Assembly: GCA_964106645.2 (NCBI GenBank)
Contig: OZ067053.1
DNA from: Podarcis pityusensis
Lineage: Eukaryota
Length of the DNA stretch: 64,000 nucleotides
Reading direction: 5' to 3' (one strand)
Position numbers and translations under genes: made by a program. Below are positions 40,901 through 53,894 of the stretch, in pieces; the first letter of the stretch is position 1, and every line of letters begins with the position of its first letter. A model generated the notes under the pieces. That model was not told the origin of the DNA. It ran no database searches and saw only the letters and a program-made list of their open reading frames with translations.

Positions 40901-41621
40901 AGTTGCATCATCACTGATAATTAAGTGTTTAGAGAGCATGCTTGTAAGCATTTGGAAGAACTGATCTTAGCAGCTATGAAATGGTTTGCATTACAGTGCG
41001 AACATGGATCCGTGTTTGAGCTGGCAAGCTCTAGTGTGGAGCTTGAAGCCTTTCCTTTGCATTGCCTTGGTGTCTGATGACAGCCCACTTTGGAACCCAA
41101 ACTGCTAGCTGATCCCTTTCTCCTTTGCTTGTGAATGGAGATAGCAAGAGAGTTGGAGATAAAATCAGTGAGAAGAGACTATCAAGAGTCAAGCAAATTA
41201 GTTCTAGCATGCTAGTCCTGGCAAGAATGCATACAAAGTGTCAAGATAATGGGTTCATAACATTATCTAAATGCTTCCTGTGTTATCTAAACACTTTTCT
41301 GCATTGTGAATTTGTTATCTCAACACTCTGGATGCTAGTGAAGAAACAGGCTAATTTATATTCATAGGGAGGATCTTGGTGTTTGAATCTTATGGCTTCT
41401 GAAAGTTCTCGTACAGTTGCAGAATTTATTTGTAGGGTTGCAATTGATTACCTGGTCTGTTGGTTTTTTAGCTGGTGGGTTAGCATGTACAAATGGGTTC
41501 TGCCTTGATAGAAGATGAATTTAATCACTGGTACTACCACACTACTGGAGGGAGGGTGTGAGGCATTGTCACTTAAGATTTTTATTTATGAGTAGGGGAA
41601 AGAAAAGCAGTAAGCAAAAGG

Positions 41622-42157
41622 AGGAACTGTAGCTCTGTAGCAGACTGCATGGTTCAATCCCTGGCACCTTAGAAAAGAAAAGAAAAGGATCAAGTACCAG
41701 GTGATTGGATAAATCTCTGCCAGAGACTCTAGAGTGCTGCTGCTAGTTAGGCTAGATCAGTGCAGTCCAACTTTTCATACCAAATGGGCCGCCGGAGTAC
41801 TTTGACGTGGAACTAGTGGGCTGCACACTGTCTTGTTGTCAGGGCGAGCGGGATAGGGGGTGGGGAAAGAGTGAGGAGCAAGGCCAAAACCTGACCCCTT
41901 TCTCTCCCCCCCCCCCCGCCCTCACACTACCTTCCCAGAGCTGCCTCAGCAAGGTGCTGGGCTTTGGAAAGGAGGCGTGAGAGCTCTAGGAACCTGCCAG
42001 AGCCCTCACACCTCCTTACCAAAGCCAGGCTGTGCAAGGACTGGGCAGGGTGTCAAACGTTGCTGAGGGCTACCCAAAAAGGCCTTGAGGGCCAAACGCT
42101 GGATCACCCTGGGGTAGGTGGACTGATAGCCTGCCTAGTATAAGGCAACTTTCCTGC
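41622..42157 (+). mobile_element. Squam3-like SINE interrupted by a hAT element
   Basis: Head tgtagctc...ggttcaatccctggcacc (41628-41668), body to gctagat at 41757, resuming after 42111 with gtggactgatagcctgcctagtataaggcaactt. Confidence 0.6.
41758..42111. mobile_element. hAT-like non-autonomous DNA transposon
   Basis: Ends cagtgcagtccaac and gctggatcaccctg (decayed cagggtggtccaac TIR). Candidate 8-bp TSD ggctagat/gggtaggt (6/8). Related to 56047-56603. Confidence 0.65.
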
Positions 42158-43299
42158 ATTGCTTATGAGAAAGGTGGGTATATATGGTCAACCATTTATA
42201 AGTAAGTCCTAAATTGCAGTTGAAGAAGGGTCTGGTATTTGCAAAAGGGCTTCTGATGTGATTTTAAATCCTGCAGAATATTCTGTATTCTGGAACATGT
42301 AATTCATGCATCTGAAGGAGAATGTTGTTTTTTATCTACTCATTCCCATTTCTTTTAAATAGTCTAAATACTGGGGTAGGAGAACTGAATATGAGTAAGC
42401 TGCAAGGCACAGGGTTATCCTCAAGAAGAACTTTCTTTAATGTATGCTTTTAATGTTGTCCATAGCAAACACTCATGGAATATTGGTGTGCTTGGACTGC
42501 TGTGTCTAGTGATCCTGTTTGCACCTCATATTTACAAAGGCGAGCATTCAGGGGCTATGAGCCATCTTAGTTTACCTTCTGGAGTTTTTCCTCCTAAAAC
42601 AAGAAATCATCACAGTTAAATCATGTGCATGAAATTGTCTTGCCAGTTTTCCCTGCTTGTTTTCCAGCCTTGTAAGCTCTAGTCTGGAAAAGTGCCTGCC
42701 AGTATAAATGAGTCTTTTTAAGGTGCCAGGGGACTCTTTGTGTTGTTTCACCTGTGTAATTGTTTTGGTAAGAACATCTTCATAACATCTGAAGGATAAT
42801 GTAGAGAAAGCACTGGAATGCTCTTCTATAAATACACAAATTTGAATACAAGAGTAGAACATGATTGGAGACATCTATCAGATAGCACAATCTGTTTTCC
42901 TTAAGCTGAGATAAAAATAGCTCTTGAAAAGGAGTGTTAATGTCGGAAAGAAAGGGCTATTCTGATTTGAATATATATGTTCTTTAGCGGAGGTCTCCTC
43001 GTGCTAGAAATCCTAAAAGTGGGAAACATCAAAGTATATTTTAAAGCCTTAGCTGCATATGCTTTGTCTTCTTGAACCCTGGAGATTGAGAATCGGTGCA
43101 GCAGTCAGAACGCCACCCCCCCCGTCTCCTGCCAGCTGTATTATTTATTAAAAGTAGCGTAAGGTTCTAAATGGTACAGCAAGGTGCATATCTGGTGAAA
43201 TGGATTTGCAGAAGCTTTCCAAATGAAGACATTATCCAGGATCCTCATTTGAACATAGAGGGATGTCTTTCCAAGCTGTGCTGCCTGAGAAACTTGAGG

Positions 43300-43345
43300 T
43301 GAGGCTAGGGGTCCCTTCCAACGCTACAATTCCATGATTCTATGT
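43300..43345 (+). mobile_element. CR1 3' tail fragment
   Basis: ggggtcccttccaacgctacaattccatgattctatg with the ATTCTRTG-type tail. Confidence 0.65.
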
Positions 43346-43897
43346 TGTGGAATAAAGCCATTCCATAAGAATTTCAGAATTGTTACTGCTGTGCTTATGA
43401 CTGAGGAATAATTCGAAATTGCTTATTTGTCACGGAACCATCATTAGGTACAGACAGAGTAATGGGTCAAGTCTGCTTTAAAAAATAAAAATAAAAATAA
43501 AATCTTAAATTGTGATGTTGCAGCTTTTGAGTTTCTCCTTCCAGCCCTGTGACATTATCTTTTTTGAGGGTGAGTGAGTGATGTTTCACTTTGAGAGGAA
43601 TAATGTCTTACAGTTTGATATGGCTGCACAAGTCTATATATACTGACACAACATTTTATTTTATTTAAAAAGACTGAACACTGGTATGTTGATAAAGTGT
43701 GTCGCTGAAGAATGTAATCAAAAAGATATGGAACAGGGTGGGGTCCCTTGACCTGCATGGTTTTAAGTTTAAACTTGGAATAGGGAGTCTGGCCCAGTTT
43801 GGATGCTCGGAGCTCAGTTCAGTTTTTGCCTGCCCATGCAGCCAAACCAGAAAGTTTCTAATAAACCATTCTGATTTGTCTGAACTATAGTTGCCAG

Positions 43898-43931
<34 letters not shown>

Positions 43932-44797
43932 AGAACAGCATGTTAAGCATGTTTAATATCCTGGCCTCTTCAGTCGTTCATAACTATAGTTTCCCAGGTT
44001 GGGCAAAATGGGAAACTATGGTTAATTCGAAGCTTCATGGTTTGATAGCTTGATGAGCAAAGGAGCTGCATGTGCAGGGAAATGGCGTATGTGTATCTCA
44101 GTTTATTAAGTCGAGATATGATCATCTGATTCAGCCAGTGTGTCCTCATCTTTATTTTCATGCTAAGCACTGCAAGAGAGCCCTCTGGAGGAAGGCCAGG
44201 GGAGCTGCCACTGTAACATATGATTGGCTCATCAAATAAATTCTAGTTGAGGCAATGTGTGTTGAAACCAACCGCAGACATGCTGCAGCTATTCATAAGC
44301 AGGTTACTACTGGAGGTGCATACACCTTGAAGTGGAACACACACCTTTCCACTTCCTTGTCTGTCATTCATACATTTCTAAGCTACACTGAATGTGCTTC
44401 TGAATGAATCTTACAGGATATTTTATGTAGTTTAGCTTTTCATTGTGTGAATTCAGCCCTGAGGCTGGCTTTTACCACGATGCCCATGCAAAATAACTTT
44501 CTTTGCCTGTATCTGTTTAAAACACTTATCTCACCTAAAAGACCCACAAAGTGGCTTACAGCAACCATTAAAACACAACTTCGCATAAATACAAAGCAGA
44601 AATATAACACCACTGCAACAGAGATAGATAAAACCTATCAGAGTAGCAGGTGTAAATTTCGGAGCAAAATTCCTGGTGAAGATATGTTGTTGGTGGTGAT
44701 GATGATTTTCACAATTCACCTGAAGGTCAGCAAAATGGAGCCAGGCGAGTCTCTCTAGGGAAGGATTTTCAAAAACATAGTGCGCTCTGAGTATTCT

Positions 44798-46064
44798 CTG
44801 TTCTTGCCCCATCTCTCTTTGGTATATTCTTCTCCCTGTAGCTCTCTAATGCCTTCAGTATGACTGAAGACGGTGTATACTTCCACTCAAGGAGCAATGG
44901 GTTTCTGTTCAACCTGGCATGTCTCTGTGCCAAGACAAAAGTGTGCTAGGTTGTTATCTGTGAGATGTTGTTTGCAGATGACGCAGCCTTGACAGCATAC
45001 TCCAGAGAAGCTTTACAGAGACTCATCAACTGTTTTGCTCCACGCATCAGCATTGATTGAGCACGTGCTTGAGGTGGTAGACAATTTTGTGTACTTGGGC
45101 TCCACCATAACTAGCAACCTTTCCATTGACACTGAGCTAGATAAGCATATAGGCAAGGCAGCTATCACCAATACAAAGATGAAGCTCTACTAAGATTGTG
45201 TGCTGAGGCTGCTGCTTTATGGAAGTGAGTTGTGGGCAACTTACACCTGCTAGGAGTGACACCTTAGTGCCTTTCATACCACTGTACCTTGGTACTCAAA
45301 CAACTTGGAACCCAAACACTGCAAACCCGGAAGTAAGTGTTCCACTTTGCGAACTTTTTTCAGAAGTCGAAGGTGCTCCATTCTGAGTGTTACGCTTCCG
45401 ATTTGAGTGCCACACTTCTGTTTTGAGTGTTATGCTGAGGTCTGTCTGTTTTTGCTATTTATTTTGAGTTTTTGTTTTTGCGGCTCTTTTTGTTTTGTTT
45501 TTGTGACTGTGTGGAACCCAGTTCAGCTACTGATTGATTGATTGATTGATTGAGTGACTGCAGTACATTGTTTATTGTTTTCGTTTTAGCAATGGTCTCG
45601 TTAGATAGTAAAACTCATGTTAAATTGCTGTTTTAGGGGTTGCTTTTAAAAGTCTGGAACGGTTTAATCCATTTTGCATTACTTTCTATGAGAAAGTGCG
45701 CCTTGGTTTTTGAATGCTTTGGTTTTGGAACAGACTTCCGGAACGGATTAAGTTTGAGAAGGAAGGTACCACTGTACGTGCTGTGTCAGGAAGATTTTGG
45801 GCATCACATGGCCGAATAGAGTCTCAAACAGAAATTTGCTCATCCAAGCCCACATTTCCAGTAGGTTTGCAGTTCTGTCTCAGTGGCCTATGCTGGCTTG
45901 GTCATGTATGCAGAAAGGAAGATAGCAGGATCCCAAGGGTGTGCTTTACGGAGAGCTAGCTTCAAGCACCAGGCCTGTTGGCAGACCAGCTCTGTGTTAT
46001 AAAGTTATCTGCAAACGTGGCATGAAAGTGGGAAACATTAGCCCCACCATGTGGGAATCCCTGC
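44798..46064 (+). mobile_element. RTE-clade LINE fragment (RT and C-terminal region), pseudogenised, interrupted by a Tigger-like element
   Basis: Collinear motifs VLAPSLFGIFFSL, EMLFADDAAL (44962-44991), LEVVDNFVYLGSTI, LLYGSELW, RKILGITW, WLGHVCR, LYGEL..RPVGRP, with stops and frameshifts. Confidence 0.88.
45279..45774. mobile_element. Tc1/mariner (Tigger-like) non-autonomous element, 496 bp, TA TSD, nested in the RTE LINE
   Basis: Right end aaggtaccactg|TA, left end TA|ccactgtaccttgg. Removing it rejoins the RTE frame (AFH-TCCVRKILGITW). Confidence 0.85.
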
Positions 46065-46374
46065 AACCTTCCAACAGTTTGACTTCACCTCTGATGTCAC
46101 ACTCCTTTCTGAGTGTTCTAGGTCTCCAGGAACATAAAGTGTTATACTTCATATGCTTTCAGTTTTAGGGTGGATTTAGATGTTATAAATAACATCTAAA
46201 CAGAAAGTGGAAGTGTGGAGTCACACCCACTTCTATTGTTTTGCTTCTTCTGATAAGGGAACTTGCACATCTTGAGCCTCAATATTTTCTCATGAGAAAA
46301 ACTTGGCCTCATCCACATTCTGTGCACTAGGCATGCTCGCACACCTCTCCCGTCCCTCCTTCTCAACTTTCCCC

Positions 46375-46785
46375 CCACCCCAATGCCTTAACTTTCTCTT
46401 GTAGGGGAGTTGCTCCAGCCCTGTGATCATTTTGTTTGCCCTGTTCTGAACTTTTTCTAGCTCTACAAAATCTTTCTTTGAGGTGAGGCAACTAGAGCTG
46501 TACACAGTATTTTTTACAGCTGCTGCATCACTCACCATTTCACACTCCATTAGAGTATATCTGAAATAAGGTTGGTTTTTTTTGTTTTTGTTTTACGTCA
46601 GTCTGCATCACTTCCACTTGCTTGCATTGAATTGCATTTGCCAATTTGCTGCCCACTCACCCATTTTGGAGAAATCCCTTTGGATCTCTTCACAACCCCC
46701 ACCCTCACCCAGTGTTCTAATCATTGCAAACCTAGCTACCTCACTTCCCACCCTAACTCTAGAAAATTTATGTACAAGTTAAAAG
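46375..46785 (-). mobile_element. CR1 LINE ORF2 fragment
   Basis: ORF 46290..46550 contains KKDFVELEKVQNRANKMITGLEQLPYKRKLRH (CR1 RT C-terminal motif). Further CR1-like sequence to ~46785. Confidence 0.8.
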
Positions 46786-47179
46786 CAGAAATGCAATCTG
46801 ATTCTTTTATAAATAATGGTTGTCCACAAAATAGCACTGGAGACTATCTGTCTTTTTATTTATCTCTGTTGGAGTAATGATAGTATGATGCCTTTAGAGT
46901 TCTGTAATCAGAGTATAGGAGGGCAGGTTGGCAATCACTCTGGGCTCCAATGGATTTGACAGTATTTCTTTATCTCGCAAGCTTAAGAACTGTTGACATA
47001 AACAATGAACAAAGCAAACAATTCACAATATCAAAATCAAACCACTGCTGGTTATTTGACAGCATTAGATTTCTTGAATCAGGAAATTAATGTCAGTTAA
47101 TGGTTGCTAGATGAATAGCAGTTTCTGTCAAAACTCTTTGTCTGTCCATGCCCCCCCCCCCCAGCATTCTCATATTTGT

Positions 47180-47350
47180 CCTTCCTTCCTTCCTTCCTTC
47201 CTTCCTTCCTTTCTTCCTTCCTTTTCTTTCTCTCCTCCCTCAGGTCTCTTTTCAGATTCTTCTCCACTCTGCTCCTTTTGGCAGCCTTTCTTTCTCCACT
47301 CCTTCCCTCTTTGACATCCCTGTCTCTTTTCTCCCTGACCCCCATCTCTC
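47180..47350. repeat. (CCTT)n and pyrimidine-rich low-complexity tract
   Basis: Read directly; accounts for the cluster of spurious ORFs at 47097-47461. Confidence 0.85.
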
Positions 47351-49773
47351 CCCTTTTGCGCAGCTTGCATACCGAGGCTCTAGAAAAGAGGTAAAGCAAA
47401 AATGTAACACACTCTTTATATAGGTTGCATTGTACCTACACACATGCAGGTCAGCTGCCATGGAAAGGCTCTAATCTGCTACTTCACATGGCAGGCAGCA
47501 GCAGCCCCTCCTCACAAACTGACCTGCTGGGGACCCGACAGAGGGTCCCATCCTTCCTCAAAGTGGATCTCCTTTTCCAGAATAGCTGCAGCTTTGTAGC
47601 TTGCTCTCAGAAGAATGTCCCTTCAGATTTGCTTGAGACAAGGAGACCATCAGCCTTTCACAGAGGCAGAGTTCAGGCTTCCTTCACAACAAAATGAACA
47701 GGCCTGCAACTAAGGGCTTCAGTTCCTCCTCCTACAGTTCTGTACTGTTTCCTGCCAGTGGATTTGCACCAGAGGTAAACAAGCCTTCAGGCTCCTGTTT
47801 GATATACCAGGCATGTGAGTATCAGGCTACAAATAATTCAGTGTCACTGAACTTCCAGCTCGATGGGGCTTTGTTTTTAGTATTGTAAACTCCATTCATT
47901 GGAATAATACAGTATAAAAACACCAGGGATAGTAAAGCTCAGTAGAACTTAATTATTGTTTGGCTGCAATATCTGAACTGGGTCATATTGAAAGTAGGCA
48001 TCACTAACTAAACTTTACCATTGTCCAGTCGTAAGTCATAAATACACTATGCTTGCAGTTCTGAGACATTAAACCATGCAACATTCTTTTGGGTAGGTCA
48101 AAAAATATTGGCCTGGTCAAAAAGACTTTTTGAGCAAATCTTTCCTCCTTTAGTGATAGGATAATGTGTGGAAGCTTTAGTTTTACAATAAGGGTCGGCT
48201 GGTTAAACGGCTGCAGTGATTTGAAGAGTGGTCCACTAAATTATCCCAGTTGTTTGTTTTCTTTCATTCAAGCGTACTTGTGGGTTGGCTTGGGCAGTGC
48301 TTTTCTCTTAGAGCTGGGCTCTGTGCCAAAGGAAGCAACAAGGATCAAAGGCACGGTCATGAGTGATTCAACAGAAATCAGCTGATCCCGACTCTCTTTC
48401 ACTTTGGGAAACTTTGCCCAGAAGCAACTTTTCTTTACAACTGAGCAATGCCACACTTCCCCTTTAGCTAAGAGTGCAGGGAACCCACCCTTCTGCGATT
48501 CTCAGAGGCAGAGTTGTGAGGCAGTGCCATCTCCTCTCCACCTGCATATAAAGCCAGTTATGTTGCCTTCTGGGAAACGCTGGGGTGTCCTAGTGTTTCC
48601 CTCACACTGCCTTTATTCACTTGGCAGCCATTGTGTGGAAGACCCAGGAGTATCGTCTTCTCTTTGGGCACTAAGCAGTTTCAATGGGAGCTAGAATAAA
48701 GTAGAAGAGGGCTAGCTACTGAGTTATGAATAACATCTAAAATATCTAAAATACCCAGTATGGCAAAGGTATCTTTGAGTTTTCTAGTGACTGTTGGGAT
48801 TGTTCAGCAGTTGTTGGCTGAACAATAAAGAAATGATCAGAGCTGCATGTTCTAGGTACCTGGCTCTGGTTGCTCGACAGCCCAACAAGCATCTTGCCCC
48901 TCCAGCCAGTAGTGAAGCAGACAAAATCTGGTGCCTTAGCATATGCTATCAAAACTGTCCCTGTGGTACCAGAGCAGCCCTGTTTCCGTTCAACAACTAA
49001 GTTGAAGAGATTTGTTCTGAAAACTACTGTTGTTGCTGTAAGTTAATGAAATGCATGCTTCATAGCCAGGGTTGAGCTGACCGTGCTCTTAGAAGAGAGA
49101 GAGAGAGCAAGATCAGAAGAATCTTTATTTGCATTAGCCACTAGCCATAGCAATAAAATAAAATGTACTGAAGATAGAAGTAAAAACTTAACTATACAAA
49201 ATACATTTTGGAAGTTTACATCAATAATCAAATAATAGATCTTATTCTGAATGCCCTCGCTAAAAACCTTGCAGTTTTTGCTGTCACCCGATCATCTTGA
49301 TCTGCTAGAAGAAAGGAAGTTAGAAGTTAACTCAACTCTTTAAAAATGCACTTATTTTAATGGGGCACGTGCTCCCTGTTTTGCAACATGCCTTTTTTGT
49401 GAAGGGATTTGATTGTGGTTAAGGCAGTAAAACCTTGTTCATGTTCTTTATTGTGATTTGTTTTGAGGCATGAGCTTTAGTTTGCAGCAGCTCCATCTCT
49501 CATGTGAAGTCTTGTGAAGACTGAATGTATGATGTCTTGATCAGCATACAGGCTCCTTTTCGCTACATGCTTCTCTGCTTTTTCAGCAGGGAAGGGCTTG
49601 ATGTTTCTGCCACTTACGTTGGAGATGAAAGTGTGTTCACACCCATGCAAGCACCATGTGTTGTAGTTTCTGTTCCAGCAAGATCCATAGAATCTCTGTT
49701 GCCATTCTCTGAAGCATTGATCCCAGGATTAAACGAGCTTTTGTCACGTTTCCCTCTTCTCTCTTCCTTTCAG

Positions 49774-49919
49774 TGAGCATTTGTCCTGCGCCTTCACATT
49801 CTTCCTTCATGGGGAGTGCAATGTGTGTACAAGTGTGGAGATCGTCCAGCACCAACCAATATATCTGATCAGCGAGGAGCATCTTCACATGGCTCAGTCT
49901 TCCCCTATGCCATTCCAAG
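49774..49919 (+). CDS. MED13L: MED13L coding exon (exon 5 equivalent), 146 nt
   Basis: Long pyrimidine tract, then cag|TGAG; donor CAAG|gtaggt. Translates (S)[48 protein letters not shown](V). Confidence 0.96.
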
Positions 49920-49959
49920 GTAGGTGTCCTATGTGCGTGTCTTCTTGTCATCTGGAGTA

Positions 49960-50700
49960 ACTTTTTTCAAATAAGTTTTACTAAATTTTCAAAAAAATAA
50001 TAATCACATAGACATTCCAATACATAATATTTTTTCTTTTGTTTTATTGACTTCCCATTCCATTTTCCATGGTGTTTTTCTCTCTCCCCCTTGCTGCACC
50101 CCATCTCCCCGCTCTTATATCATTGGACATGGGTGGCGCTGTGGTCTAAACCACTGAGCCTCTTGGGCTTGCCGATCAGAAGGTCGGCGGTTTGAATCCC
50201 CGTGACGGGGTGAGCTCCCATTGCTCTGTCCCAGCTCTTGCTAACCTAGCAGTTTGAAAGCACACCAGTGCAAGTAGATAAATAGGTACCACTGTGACAG
50301 GAAGGTAAACGGCATTTTCGTGTGCTCTGGTTTCTGTCCTGGTGCTCAGTTGCACTAGAAGTGGTTTAGTCATGCTGGCCACATGACCCGGAAAGCTGTC
50401 TGTGGACAAATGCCGGCTCTGTTGGCCTGAAAGCGAGATGAGCGTCACAACCCCATAGTCACTTTTGACTGGACTCAACTGTCCAGGGGTCCTTTACCTT
50501 TTACCTTATATCAGAACTATAATGCAATAATCTCTAATTCCTTCTGTTGCTCATAGTTCAAATCCTGCTCACACAAATTCATCATTTCTTTAAGTAGTCC
50601 GAAAAAAGCTTCTATCCTTCCGTGAAGCAATCATTGTTAAGTTCACTTATTTTAACTGTTAGCTTTGCTGATTCAGCATAGTCCATCACTTGAGTAAAAC
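49960..50700 (-). mobile_element. L1-like LINE 3' end fragment hosting the Sauria SINE
   Basis: Minus strand reads MDYAESAKLTVK...KLFSDYLKK, resembling squamate L1 ORF2 termini, then a T-rich UTR and A-rich end near 49960. Confidence 0.45.
50125..50507 (+). mobile_element. Full-length Sauria SINE with TSD
   Basis: Head gggtggcgctgtggtctaaacc, B box ggtttgaatccc, 3' tail cctttaccttttacct. Direct repeat CTTATATCA at 50114-50122 and 50505-50513. Confidence 0.93.
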
Positions 50701-53105
50701 CTTATCCTGGCTTAATGTAAATGCATGGGCTCGCCGAGGGGAGAATGCAACCATTTTGCTCCTCCTCCCTTTACTCTGCTGCTGTGGTGCACTAAGCTTA
50801 GGATATCTTCCAAACCCTGGCTCAATGTTTAGCTCTGCTTCACAAATCATGGGTTGTATGCCATTGTTACAAACCTTGGTTTCAGCTTGTGGTTGATCTG
50901 GAGGGAGTTAAACCCTGAGCCCATGTTTAGGTGACATGGTGTATGTAGCACAGTAGCAGTATGACAGGAGGAGGAACAAAGCAGCCACAAACCCTCCTGG
51001 AGCCTGGATGCTTACATGTAAATGCTAAAACATGGTTTGGCATAGCATGATGGGCAAACTAGGCTAATTGATTGAATGATAAGAATAGTGCACTGGTTTT
51101 TGAGCACATGACCTGTATTTATAAACTCTTCCTAGAACTTTAGCTTGGTGACAGACAGCGCTAAAGCTCAGTAGGTGCTGTAAGAAACTAGTCCTTTTAA
51201 GCCTCAGCTCTGATGGGCCCCTGTATGTGAGTATTGATATTAACGGAAGGTCCCCCTTCTCCATTTTAATAGATGTCTTGAGTACCTTCTGTGCTATTCA
51301 CTGTTGGATGACTCCACCTTCAGTGTGTTCCTTTCCTTTCCCACATTCAAATATCTGCTTTAATTGGACTTAATGTGAGCTTTTAATTTGCCACATGGTG
51401 GACTTTCGTAAATTGGTGATTTAAATTACCCTCACCCCCCCAGGTTTAAATGAAGTTTTCTATTTGTTAATTAATATATTTCCTGAAGAGGTGTGTGCGC
51501 TAATTGGTTGTTGTAACAATTAACAAATATCGGTCTGAAACTAAGTAGAACATTTTTACTATCTAGGAGTAAATCCATGTCTTCTGGCCATGCAGCTTGC
51601 ATCCTTTTGCTCTAAAGGATTATATCTGCCTAGCGAGACAAAGGAGTCAATTGTGAAATAATGAATTTCTGTTTGACTGTTTCTGTACAGACACTTTAAG
51701 CAGGATCACTTAATTCAAGATAGGGCCATAGTCCAGCAGAGTTAAATGTGCTTAAGCATTGCCTACCTAATAGCAAAGGGCTAGTAATTATTGTTTGCAC
51801 TTTTTTTCTAATGAAAAGGAATGCACATGTCCAAGCTCTTCGCAATTTTAAATATTCTTAATTTACTACAAAATGCTAGATTGTTTTCAAAACGAGATGT
51901 TCAATATAATTGATGCAATGGGATTTCTTTTACCTCTTCGCTTACCTTTTTTGCTGTAGAATATAAAGTTCAGCAGCTGTTAGTCCTCGAGGCTCCTATA
52001 TGAATAAAACTGTTTACAGAGCTGAATGCCTTGCTTTGCTGGATAGTGGGATGTCAGCAATGTGTCTGGTGCTGTACAAACTGCAAAACATTTTTAAAAG
52101 TTGTTGCCTGAAAACCATTCATAGTTGATAAGTTTACAAATGGGGTTGAATAAACAGGGAAGCAAGGAAGAGAGAGAGAGAAATTAAAAGTATATTTAAA
52201 ATGACAAGGAATGCTTCTGAAATGATTGAATACGTTTGCGGGGGGGGGGGGGAATTTATAGAACAGCTAGAAGGAAAAAGGTTTTCAGAAGAGTATTGAA
52301 ACTAGAAGTGGAGGATGCATTGTACATTGCCTCGAGCTCCTCAAATGAAATGCAGGATAAAAATGTAGCATGTAAATAAATATTTTCTGCCTTGGGTTCC
52401 ATGGCAGCACAGAGGTCAGATGTTAATGTAACTAAATAAACAAATTAAACTTACAAAGGAAGCCTCAGCAAGAGAACTGGGATATGGAGATGTTTTAAAA
52501 ATGGGGGCATTCTAGAATGAATAAAAGAGATCAGAGATGAAGAATGAAGGCTGTAGAAGTGGACAGGCCAGGAAATGAGGGAGGAGACATCCAATTAGCA
52601 TGCAATTAATTAATTAGCATGTGATTTGCATGAAAGGCTAGTTGCCAAGCTACAGCTGGAGGACGGATAGTCCTTACTCTATAATCTTCTTACTCCAGAG
52701 TTATCCCCAGATTTAAATCCTTAAACTCAGTGGCCTTAAAAACATCAAATGATCTTAAATAATGGCACTTGAGGAGGAAAACACTTAATTAATTTGAGCT
52801 GCGTCTTCCTTACTATCACATTTTTAAATCTCTCTGCTTTCCACAGCTGAGAGGACAACATGCTCTGACAGTCTCAATGCTGCACAGAGTACTTTGAGGT
52901 CCTTAACAGAACATTCTTTGGCCAGGTCTGCAAGGTTTAGGAGCCAATTTTAAATTGAATTGACAACAATATATATATACATTTGGCCAAAATTAAAACA
53001 TGCTTCTTCCCCACAGTCCCCCAGCCAAAATACTTCTAATTTGTTTGTGTGTTTATGAGCTGTGTATAGTAAGAAGCTACTTATTAGGGCAACATTTTGA
53101 TTGCA

Positions 53106-53152
<47 letters not shown>

Positions 53153-53329
53153 CCACCCTTCATCCGTAGATCCCAGGGCAGTTCACAGTTCCTGGAAAGT
53201 AAGCCCCATTGAATACTGGGGCTGACTTCAGAGTAAATTTGTTTAGGCTATTGCAATGTGTGCTGGGGCCTGAGGTGAGCCTGTATGCTGAACTATCTTT
53301 TTGTTTTCTTTCCCCCCTTGTTTTATCAG

Positions 53330-53521
53330 TGCTGATAAGCCCTTATGGCTTAAGTGGTACATTAACGGGCCAAGCATACAAGATGTCAGACCCAGCAACC
53401 CGGAAGCTAATTGAGGAGTGGCAGTATTTTTACCCAATGGTGTTGAAGAAGAAAGAGAATTTGAAAGAGGAAGAACTGGGATATGATGACGATTTTCCGG
53501 TGGCAGTAGAAGTCATAGTTG
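53330..53521 (+). CDS. MED13L: MED13L coding exon (exon 6 equivalent), 192 nt
   Basis: Acceptor ttttatcag|TGCTG, donor GTTG|gtaatg. Translates (V)[63 protein letters not shown](G), within ORF 53209..53610. The sequence is MED13L-type rather than MED13-type. Confidence 0.96.
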
Positions 53522-53894
53522 GTAATGTTCAGTATTTTGCTCATACAGCTTTTCCCCTCCTGCGACCGCTATTCAAAAAGTTAAAAAACGTACCCCTGTT
53601 CAATATGTAGCAGTCTTTACTGTGGATCTGTTAATACTAAAGAATTTTGGAGACACTACTTGGCCTTAAGATTTGGTAGCTGCTTTGTCTTCTAGCTCAC
53701 GATGATCTCAGGCTATTGATCCCTGCTGCCTATTAGTTACAAACGTGACCGTTTCAAAAAGATGATGTTTATGAATAATGGATTTTGGCTGTGTAGTTAA
53801 AATTTGTGTATCAAAGCAGAAACAATTTCACTAAATCGGAAACGTTTAAAAACATTCATAGCCTACTCTTGTCGCTTCACTCCTGCCTTAACAG

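Noticed and set aside
47097-47461. Cluster of overlapping ORFs
   Set aside because: Produced by stop-poor CCTT/pyrimidine low-complexity sequence.
50125-50215. tRNA genes at SINE heads (also 420-496, 5801, 54897)
   Set aside because: A and B boxes run directly into SINE bodies, and I cannot build a complete cloverleaf.
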